Notes under the pieces: model-generated
The model's input: the letters and a program-made list of their open reading frames with translations, nothing else
What the model was told of the DNA's origin: nothing
Databases searched by the model: none
Shown here: positions 47,588 to 57,599 of the stretch, piece after piece
Numbering within the stretch: the first letter of the stretch is position 1
Layout: every line of letters begins with the position of its first letter
Made by a program: the position numbers and the translations under genes
NCBI GenBank assembly: GCA_013115125.1
Contig: JABANN010000029.1
Span: 62,001-119,599 of the forward strand
DNA from: Perkinsus olseni
Taxonomy: Eukaryota
Direction of reading: 5' to 3'
Length of the DNA stretch: 57,599 nucleotides

Positions 47588-50563
47588 ATGGAGCCGACTA
47601 CCCCGGCACGTTCGGAGAAGGGTCCACGTAGGGGCACCATGAACCCAATGAGTGCTCCCAAGACAACGACGAAGAAGAGCGTGAGCCAGCGCCAGCAGCA
47701 ACCCGGAAGTGGCTCTAAAGGTAAAGTCTATCTGAACTTGCCTTCCGCAGGGCCTTGCATTAATGGGAGATATTTTCCAGGTGGAGCGGCACGAGACCTG
47801 CATCAGACGGCATTGCCTACGAGCCATACCGGCCTGCAAGCATCCTCGAGCCCGAAGCCAGTGCACGCAGCGCTTTTGGATCTCCCCAGAAGTATCAGGC
47901 CCATCAGTCCCTTAATGAATTTAATTCATCGAATTCGGAGATGTGTAGTATTCGGAGTCTGTTAGGTCACGATGGAACGGTCCGCATTAAAGACGAGAGG
48001 CCACTGCAGAGCAAGGCCTACCGGAAAGCATGTGCGGAATACGTTTACGCCTACCTCAGCAAGCATGGCTACCGCTCGGAGTAAGGCAGATACCAGTACC
48101 TCAATCCTTCAGTTTGTGTCCCTTTCAGTCGCATGAAACCCGGCTGGTTCGACAGTCCTTCCACAAGAGAGTTCTTCTCCGTCTGCGAGTTCCTTCTGGA
48201 GCGCATCGACCCCAACCTGATCGTCTCTGCCCCTCAGAAAAAGAGCACTCCCGAAGACCTCATCTCCATTGTTAGGTGATTATCCGCTGGCTGTGGGGGC
48301 GTCGGATTACAATCTTTGGGCGGTGTGGATTGATCTTGGATGATGAGCTCCTTCAGGACAAAGCTGTTGTATCCTTACGACGTGCCCAAGTCAGCCCTGG
48401 CCAGCGTTGGGGCCATAACCACTTGGCCGGCCCTACTAGGGTTACTAAGCTGGCTGGTGGAAGAAGCAGAGGAGACCGACAGGATGAAGGAGCGGGTCAA
48501 CTCTATCTCTGATGCCACTCGGGTACCTTAGTCATCAACCGGATGAATGATTGCGTCATTGAGTGAACTCAGGCTCGTGAGAAGGCTCTTGGCACAGCCT
48601 ACACTGCGTGGGTACAAGCTGGACAGGCGCAAACTTTGGTGGGCATTGACTGCCCTTGAGGAAGGCTGAGTGTTTTTCATTGTCTAACAGGAAGAGACTG
48701 CAATGCTAGACAAGATAGAAGGCCTCATCAGGGCAGAGTATGACGAGTTGAAGGGCGAAAACGAGAAGGTAACTGTGCCGTGGCGGGAGACCTGTCGACG
48801 GATGCTGCGTGTCTTCAGTGTGAGAAAATTATCGGGGATAATGACACGGCTGTGAAGAATATTAAAGACAGCGGGGACCTCGATGACCCGGAGGAGTACG
48901 AGAGGAAGAATGAAGAGATTCGCGGCCACGTTGGTGAGGTGGTCAGGTAAGGCAGTAGTCGACGTCGAAACGCAATGGAGAGGATCGCGTCGATACTCAT
49001 TATGACAAAAGCTCTTAGGGAAGTTGAAGCCTTGAGAAGACGCGAGCAAGAGGCGTCAGAGGATAGGCAGAGGTGGGAACAGAAGACGGGGAAAGAGAAA
49101 GAAAAAGAACAGAAGCTGAGGGATCAGGTGATGAAAACGTTGAGCGTTGAGCCCCTCCATGTACTACCGCTCTCAGATTAATGAGCTCACTCAGCGCGTG
49201 GACGCCCAGGTTTACAGTCATGACGACTTGGCCCAGCTCTTGGCACGCGCGAGGCGACTGGACGACGAGACTTGTCAGCTGCAAGAACAGGTGGGGGCAG
49301 ACGAGCCGTACAGGACCCTTGTCCTCCCGAACAAGACCACTGGGTGAATCTTCGAGAGCCACTAGTAACGGCTCAGATAACTCAATGCGACTCGGACACT
49401 ATCAGCGAGGAGACTCAGGCCCGCACGGAACAGCATACACTTCAGGGGTACCGTCGTGCTCGGCGAGAGAATATGGGAACCTCTTCAACAGGTTGTGCCA
49501 CGAGTTTAATGAGTGCATCGGAACCGGTGGTCACCCGGCAATCCCTCGGGCAAACTTCAATCCGGAGGCAGCTGACTTCCTGAAACGCACCTTCGGGTCC
49601 TTGGCCGCAGTAAGAGTCTGAGGTCACTACTCGGGTAGTTTGGACGGCTTCTTCTCAGCCTGGATTGAACATCGAGTCTCTCGTGGATGCCAGGGTAGAA
49701 GATACGCGGAAGAGCTTATTCAAGGCTGAGGCACCGACCGCCGAGAAGCTGGCTGTCTTGAGTGTCCTCCGGTTAGGATGCTCTCCGAGAGTATCTTGAG
49801 AGTCGGGAACAAGCTGATAAGCAGTTGAAGAAGGCGAAGAAGGAGATCAAGACAGTGGCTATGAAGGAGGCTGAGTGGAAGGAGACCAGAGAGGCTCTAC
49901 TGAGGGAGCGGGCAGAGTCCGAGAAGAAGGTGCCCTCGGGACCTCGCATTCATCCGGCTTTTCTTATCGGCGCCTCCGTCTCTTGTCAGGCTGTGGCGGA
50001 TGCGGAGGCACGCCTGGTGGAACTCGACAAGCAAATCAAACATCTGCATGAATCCTCTGAAGCGCAAAAGTCGAAGCTGCTCGAAGATGTTGCGACTGCT
50101 GAGGAGGAGGCACGGGAGTTAGAGGAGCTCACCGACCAGTCGGTCCACGAAAGAAAGGTGAGAATCGGCCTCCGACGAACAGGAGCTAGGTGCGTGCATA
50201 TCGGCGGTACTCGTCTGAGCGGTTTTTGCATTATCCTTTTCCGTGGCTGCAACAGAATGCGATCGATTATGCAGAATCTTGTTCTCAGCGTGCTCGGTTA
50301 GCTGCAGTTTATCGCGCATACTCGAGGTCAGCGGATCATCGCTAGCGTCAGCCTTAGTCGAGCGTTTCAGGGATACGAGCAGCGGTTCGAAGCGGCGGTG
50401 GAGGTGATAAACTCAGTGGTGGAGCACGGTCTGAGGAAGGCTGAAGACCTAGACCACTGCTTGGATGATGAGCTCATGCGAATGCAAGAAGGTGACCCTC
50501 CCGACTACCTCTATTGGGCACGCGACAGTCTTCCGCTCAGAGCTCCCCGTACGGAGTGGATAA
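47588..50563 (+). CDS. NDC80: Kinetochore protein NDC80/HEC1
   Basis: KDERPLQSKAYRKACAEYVYAYLSKHGY, SPSTREFFSVCEFLL and LYPYDVPKSALASVGAITTWPALLGLLSWLVE, followed by a long coiled coil. Confidence 0.88.
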
Positions 50564-50696
50564 TTAATATGCTGTTCACTATGTACATGAAGCTAAAGCA
50601 AGTTTCACAATTAGTGGGGATACCTCGAGTTGGGTGGCCACATGTGGGGCTCGAGCTGTGCCACTCTCCGATTTGTTAAATTCTCAACTCATACGA

Positions 50697-52374
50697 ATGG
50701 CAGCAACAAAGCGGCACCGAAGTGAGGTGAGCTCCACTGCTGAGAAGCCCCCAGGTGAATCAAAGCCGAAGGCTTCAAAGAGGGCAGCAGGGGAATACGA
50801 GGAAGCCACGAGCAGGGTTCGGGACAAATTCCTGATCGAGGTGGGACAGGCCACTGAATGCTCAGGCCTCGTCAGCCCGCGTTGTGTGGCTGCTCCTCTA
50901 TTGTATAGGGTCGATCTCAAAAGCGTAACCCGGTTCATTCTCTCAGGCTCCAGAGTCATTCTTCCTTCTCTGGGAGGCATGCCGGAAGCTCAATCCATCC
51001 AACCCTTGCGCTGCACTGGAAGGCATCGGTCTGACACTAGTGGGCCCGTTCCAGGATGTGGCGGAGGCGTCTAATTTGCGTAAGATAAGATTCTCGATTC
51101 ACATATATTGAACTTAAGAGGGGGAATTTTCAGTATCGATTGCACAACTGGCCTGAGTGCCTGTTGTGTCGGCACTGCTCACTACTCTCCCAATATTATA
51201 GCAGTAGCCGTGTCGCTTCAGCCCAGAGCGAATGGCGTTACTTCTACGACCCTCCGGAGGTCGTCACTGTCGTGGTGGACCTGGAAAATCTCGGTCGGCA
51301 CTGGGCCTACTACGTGGACAAACCAGGCGACTCTCCGATCAGCGTAATCGTCTCATCGTGTTATTGTCGGTAGCAGCAGGCTCCCCAACTAGCAGGTACT
51401 GGTTGCCTCGCGTGCAGACGACTGCAAGTTCCGAGCAGCATCCGACTCTGTGCTGTCTCTTGTATACGACATAGCGCGGGAACACGAACAAGGCGATAGA
51501 ATAGCGTCTACGATCGAGTCGTAGGTTGTGGGATGTGCTCGGCTCACAACGACGCTCCAGGGTTTTAAGCTCCTTCCACGGTGGTCAACTTCTCGTCTCT
51601 TCACTCGTTGATTGCCACTCGCGCAGCCTCTCTATGACTTCGTAGGCTATGTCATAATAAGGCCGAGTTGACGGTGTCATTGAGTGCATGGAAGGCGCGG
51701 ATGAGGCGGACACAGGGGACCACATTCAACGGTCTAGGCGTGCTCGTGCCCTATGATAAACACACTGAGGTAGTGGCAGGCTCAGTAACAAGGCCCGCCC
51801 ACGGCCAGCAGTACGGGTGTATTCAATACTGTTAGCTTGCGGTCTCCACGACCCCAACCTATTGAATCGGATGCTGTGTTCACAGGCTTGTGTGCTAGGT
51901 TGGCTATCGGGAGCTTCCTGTGAGCTCTAAAGTGCTCAGGGGCATCTTGGATAAGATTCGTGATGCTCCACCGGCGGAGCGGGACACGTCTAAGTTGGAT
52001 GAAATCTTCACCTGGACTAACATAGGCAATGACGAAGGTGATTACGTCAGCCATGGCACTCCTGCTGGCCATAACACGGCACCGCACTGCACCGTCAACT
52101 TACTCAGCATTGCTAAGTCAGCAACGAGGGTTTGCTTCTTATCAGGAGACTTCGGTATGGGGCTAGAGCTCGGCCAGGACCTATTCTGCGCAGACAAGCC
52201 TGGCGTGACTCCCGTGTTCACTAAACCACTCACTACGATTCTTCGTAATGCGTACAACTTACTTGGAAGGAAGGCATTCGTGCCCGTTCTCGAGGAGCAT
52301 ACTCAGGTGGGATGTGTCCAACGTAGTAGTTTGCCTTTCAGATCAGCTGCAGGGTGTCTCACCGAAATTATTAA
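50697..52374 (+). CDS. HPF1: Histone PARylation factor 1 (DUF2228)
   Basis: WRYFYDPPE, TFNGLGVLVPYD...VGYRELP, NDEGDFGMGLELGQDLFC and AYNLLGR. Confidence 0.88.
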
Positions 52375-52806
52375 AATTGACGCCTAATGTGATTGAGAGT
52401 CCAAGAAGGGCCTCGCGGGGGGTCTTAAAGACTGCCCGGTCTCTGGTCGTGCTGCATCCGCTGGAACTGCCGGTTGGAACTATTCGTATCTTTCGTCGGA
52501 ACACCCTGCATTCTCGAGTGTTCCAGTCAAGCGTGTTGCAGCCGGTTCCCATCGTCTCTACGATGCTTCTTTCAGTGGCGAGTATCCCAGTTCCAAGAAC
52601 TAGGAGAGAAGTGTGCGGGTCTAGCTCCTGGATGCTTGGCCCTCCAGAAAATTTCGTGATGAGTCGAAAGAATGCAGTCCATTATCTTTATCAATATAAT
52701 GCAGGTAACTAATGCTCTGCTCAAGCTGACCGGTGTTGATCAATTCTGCCTTGGTGGTTAGCTGTTAAGAGACCCTCGGGAGGTCGGACCGTGTAGTGAT
52801 CTGTCC

Positions 52807-53837
52807 ATGTCTAATGCCAAAGTCTTTGCGTCGACACTGGGCACGGTGAGCGTCCTCATCGGTGGCATGTACATCGGTAACTACGGCTTCGCGGCGCGGA
52901 AGAAGAGGTACAAGGATGAGGATCTGCCGACAGAGAGAAAGCGCCGGAGAATATTCGACGAGATAGCCGCGTCATGGGACTACAAAGTGAGGGTCGCTGT
53001 CATGGCACCCTGCTTCCCTGCCCCTTTCGACGGACGTTGTCATATGCTGGCCAGCGCTCAGCGGTCGTGACGAGCCCGTATATGCGTCTCTCGATTGCTT
53101 GTCAGGTGCGACTCGACGAGTACCTCATGGGTATCACACGGTGGCGACGGCAACTGATCGCTAATGCCGAGGGAGATGTCCTCGAGGTTGCTGTTGGCAC
53201 CGGACGGAATTTCCAGTGAGTTGAAGACCCATGACGGGGGCAAGCTCGACTGAAGCTTCTTTTGAGTTGTTGTCGTAGTAGGAGGCGTTGTATGTGATGT
53301 GGACGTTACCGTTTGCGCCATTTCAGGTTCTACAACGCTAAGCAAGTGGCATCAGTGACGGCCATTGACTTCAGTCGAAGGATGCTCGAGACAGCGGAGT
53401 CGAAGAGGCATCTCGTGGACCCAATACCACTGCACTTGAAGAGCGGCAACTGCGCTTCTATGAAGGAGTTCCCTGATAAAGCCTTTGATACGGTGGTCGA
53501 TACCTTCGGTATTTGCTCATTCGAGGACCCCACTGAGACCCTACTGGAGATGAAGAGAGTCTGTCGGGGGAAGGTCCTCCTTCTCGAGCATGGTCAGAGC
53601 ACCTACCCACTATTCAGGAAGTATCTTCACAACACCCTGATCAAGCATGTTGAAAAGTTTGGCTGTTACAATAATCGAGAGATTCTGCGCCTGGTCAAGC
53701 AATCAGGTATGAGGGTGCTCCAGGTCCAGCGGAAACACTTTGGAGCGACCTATTACATCGTCTGCGAGGCTCATCCCGAGTCGGAGGATAGCGAAGGGGC
53801 GGCTGATACTGTGGAAGAGAATAGGGTCGCAGCATGA
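52807..53837 (+). CDS. SAM-dependent methyltransferase, OMS1/METTL7-like
   Basis: N-terminal TM segment; GDVLEVAVGTGRNF, AIDFS, FDTVVDTFGICS and VLLLEHG. Confidence 0.85.
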
Positions 53838-54454
53838 CATTGGGGTGGTAGATTTGTTTCTGGATATTTTCTTTGGCTTTCCCCGGACGTCAATTGGGGC
53901 TAGTTTTTCGGAGTAGCAGCTCAGCCCATGATTGCGGAACTGCTTTTGCACACTCAGCAGCGTGAAGCGCAAAAACTTTGGTTATCGCCGCGAAAAGCTC
54001 GGCGACCGAATCTGAGCGGGATCCGAGTGTGTGTTCGCAATGGATGCCGCCAGCTGTGAAAATAACGCAACAAATGGGCGCAAAAATCAGTGTAGTACCC
54101 AAGTTGGTTCTTCTGCAGACAGCATCTTCGAAGAGGGGTGTTTTTTCGGCGGCTCAGCTATCCTGAGAATCCTGCCACCGTTAAGACACTCTTCCCATGT
54201 GGAAGAGACTCAAAGTCTAAGACTGAAGCTAACAATTGGATCTCCAAAGTCTAAGACTTACAAGATCCAATTGCTAACTGCACTCAAATCTTTGTCGAAT
54301 CCACGTCAAGCGACCTGGAATCCCGTAGGTGGGTTAGGGCTTCGGTATCTAGCGTACCTCCAGGGTCCACCTGAGCCGCTCTTGAATTATCCGTGGACGC
54401 CATGCGTGTTGTGAGCCTGCCGAGATCAGATCAGTTGTGCAACTTCATTTCTTC

Positions 54455-57188
54455 ATGCCGCAGTCTTCTGCCGCTCTCGAGCTGCAGTTCATCGTAGGCC
54501 GTGTACAGTTCCGTCGCATTTATTTCGTCGGGCCTGCCAGCCATTTGGCTAAGACTGCTCATTTCAGCTCGGCTCGGGACGATGCTCCAAGCAAACTGGA
54601 TGGGCTTCTACGGGCGGTGCGGGCGGTGTTCGTCGCGTTGGAGATTTACAGTATATTGAAGATAATCTCGTAGCCTACAGTGCTGGTGATCTGGTCATCG
54701 TCATGAACACCGATACAGGTATTCCTGTAATCAGAGCGAGGAGGATTCTGGGAAATTGACGAGTCGTTGTTGCTATTCCTCTCAGGCAAGCAAATTGCCT
54801 ACACCGGCCATACCAGTCTGGTCAGCGCCCTGGCTTATGGGCCAGACGTAAAGCTCATGGCATCGGGGCAATGCAGAAAGTGAGTCTTCGTAGTACCCCC
54901 ATGCCATTCACAGCTGAGTCCCTTCACAGGGGGCATTCGAAGATCAGCGACGTACATGTCTGGGACCCCCACTGTTTCGACTCACAAAAAGTCCTGTCAA
55001 CACCAATGTGGGAGTCGCTCGCTGCCCATCCCCCTTCCTTCGCTGCTAGCCGCCCTGCCTCAGGCTCCGCCTCGCCTATCATGATGCACCGTCCATCTCT
55101 ACCTTATGCTGGCTGTCCGGTTCGAGCGGTTACCTCTGCTCTGTGGGGGCTGGACCGCAGAAGCAGGTCATGGCCGTGTGGAAAGTTGGAGCGCGCGCAC
55201 CAACGAGGAGAGCGTCGTTAGTGGCTCGCTCTCGTCGAGGTGGCGGCCAGAAGGTACGGCTCGCATTCTATCGACATCGTGACGCGCCGTGCTTAGCCTA
55301 TCTGCACCACGACTTGTGCTGCCGCTGAGGTCGTCGGCAGCCTCCCTCTCTTCGAACATGAAGATGCCTATCAATGGGCCATCTTCGGCCATGGACGGAT
55401 GGTTAAGGTGTGGACACTCAGCAGGTCTGTTAACTGTCACGTCGCAAGCTAGTGTATTATTGGCGTGCTCAGGTATCAGCCTTCGGTGAGATCAATTCGA
55501 GTATCATTCCCGGGATCGACGGCTCCGCTGAGCACCACCTCCACACCTCGCACGGCGACCTCCGCGAAGACCTCTGCATTCCTGCGTGCTGCGGGTGCGC
55601 AAAGCAACATCATAACCAGCTTGGCCTGCGTCGAGCGGGCGCCTTACAATAGAGAGAAGTAAGGATCACCTCCGCAGATCCCTGCAAGCCTGCCGCAAGC
55701 AGGTTGGTGGCAGGCAGTGGTGATGGTGTCATATACTTCACTGAGGGCCACCTCTGTCTTCGTGAGCCGTCTCGTGGACGGAGTATCTCTGAGGTCCTGC
55801 TCTGTAGGCTCGATTGAGCTCGAGACCGGAGGGGACCCCGACGCAATGGCAGTTGTGTACTTGAAGGTTTTACGGAAGCGCGTTGTGGCCTTGCAGGAGA
55901 ATGGATGGTGTAAGAAAAGAGGGGACGTCCCGCATCGGTGCTGATGCTGATCGTTGAGGTACTATTCTTGGAGACCAGCACCAGACCAAGTCTCGTCGAG
56001 TGGCGCCACCAGGAGAGCGACTCATCGGTGCCAGCCTGTGGAGGTTCGAGAGCTCATCTTGATCGATACTGCGTCCCTTTTTTACTATAGACACTCTCTT
56101 GCCCTGCAAACCGCGGAGAACCCGAATGCTGGTGTACTGGACACCCGCTTTGACCTACTCAAACAGGTGATTGGATGCTCATCTTTCACTTGCCGGAAGA
56201 TGGTGATGAAAGTCGGGGGAATCGTGTATAAGCCGATCGCCGGTGCGGCGACTCCTGAGGCATATAACGCACAAGACAAACTGTCATTCCATAAGGGCCT
56301 TATGGAATGGCGGTTCGTCTCATGCCTTATGATAAGGCTCGTCCTTTTTTGTCGGTAACACTGTCCTCGATCGAAGCGAGGTGTAATAGGAGTGCCGGCG
56401 TACCTGTTGTCAGGACATCAACAACCAGAGGCAGCTCCTAGCCTCTGCACCATCAACATCATGTACCTGCGTCGCTGCCGCCTCCGGGCCCATCCTCGTA
56501 GTGGGTTGCAGTGATGGTGGGTCGCTCTACATCTATCGAAGACTATGTGAGTACCCTCTGCACATTTGAGCTCGGTCACGAGCAGCGCGGCCCGGCCTTC
56601 AGATTCTGCCAGGACGCCCTCGACCCTCGCGTGCACGCTGACCGCTGCTAGGCTCCTCCACGGCGCCGGCGGTATCGATAGCACTCTAAGCGTGACTTGC
56701 ATCGATGCTGTAGGAGCGGGGTCCATTTCCGCCTATAATTTCCGCTTTCGCGTCGACTAGTGGCCGAACGCTGATCAGATGACGGTTGAGTCCGAAGATG
56801 CCCGACCGCTCGTGAGGGTCGCCGTTGGCTACAGTAACGGCTACCTCGTCATCTTTGACATGAATAATGACAGCCGCGAACTCAGTGCCAAGGACATCAC
56901 CATACAGTAGGGAAGATATTTGGCCCGCAAGCGACTGGGCATATTGCAGGTATGCTAGAGGGTTGAGCAAATCATCTCCGCTCACTGCTTGCCACCTGTC
57001 TCCGCTAGGAGGCCATTGTGCCGTCGGCTGTCAGGATGGGCTCGGGTGAGTCTGCTGGCTGCCCATTCCCCGATGCTTACCCCTCGGAATTCTTAGGTAT
57101 CTGCTGACGTTTAAGGGAGCAGCTCCACCCAGCGACGACGCACGGTGGTACCAAAATTCAAAGTGCCCCGAGAGAAAAAGCCATTGAA
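54455..57188 (+). CDS. WD40-repeat protein (WDR90/EML-like); 3' end uncertain
   Basis: LELQFIVG N-terminus, AYTGHTSLVSALAY...LMASG, DVHVWD and AVGCQDG, spread over many short exons. Confidence 0.65.
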
Positions 57189-57599
57189 GGGCATCACTTT
57201 AAATGTCTACCCTCAAAATTTTAGACTCTAGTTCGAGCTCTGTGATGAGAACTTTCCAGCGGACGAAAACTGCTTCAGAGGTCACAGCGATGTTGATCAA
57301 TGTGTAAAATTAGGATGCCTTCCCGACGCCGTGACCTCCCATGTTGTCACTAGGCAACATAACAAAAAAGGAGAGGAAAATGTAATGATATTCAGCAACG
57401 AGACGTCGCCGTCTCGGCGTATTCCGAGTGATCAGACTGGGCCTCAGCCGAGGCAGAGACGGGAGCGAGGCTAGAGTAAGCGCTGAGAGTCACTTGCGGC
57501 GACCTTCTTGTTGGGATTCTCGCTCGCCTGCCTGCTCCGCAACTCTCTCGAAGTAACGAGCCTTATCGTGCTGGTTGAGGAAGCGGAAGGACCGGAAGT

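Noticed and set aside
52657-52729. Possible C/D snoRNA (GTGATGA...CTGA)
   Set aside because: No terminal stem and no recognisable rRNA guide.
101-57049. Most ORFs in the six-frame track taken as separate genes
   Set aside because: They are exon fragments running into introns, or antisense/off-frame shadows of the spliced genes.

Overview
Gene-dense eukaryotic nuclear DNA with many short introns (mostly about 40-60 nt, GT-AG, some apparent GC-AG), so the ORF track shows only exon fragments. Intron style, compactness and gene content suggest a Perkinsus-like alveolate (inference only). About 20 spliced protein genes lie in co-directional blocks: a PP2A-B56-like/protein-kinase fusion, an LRR/coiled-coil protein, CLN3/battenin, an EF-hand PPP pseudophosphatase with a decayed upstream duplicate, SDHB, a kinesin-1-like heavy chain, enoyl-CoA hydratase 2, an EPS15-like EH protein, BRO1 and BTB proteins, an SDR-SCP2 (MFE-2-like, ending in PTS1), cathepsin C/DPAP, an RsuA-family pseudouridine synthase, an AIP2-like RING E3, NDC80, HPF1, an OMS1-like methyltransferase and a WD40 protein. 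The most unusual signals are (1) a 1.57-kb intron of the RING E3 gene holding a same-strand orphan ORF followed by a hammerhead-ribozyme core, with a candidate 9-bp flanking direct repeat; (2) the B56-kinase fusion; (3) a 210-bp palindromic MITE-like element with 20-bp TIRs and a 5-bp TSD; (4) the pseudophosphatase pair. Gene models were spliced by eye, so some ends are approximate, and family calls rest on remembered motifs rather than database searches.
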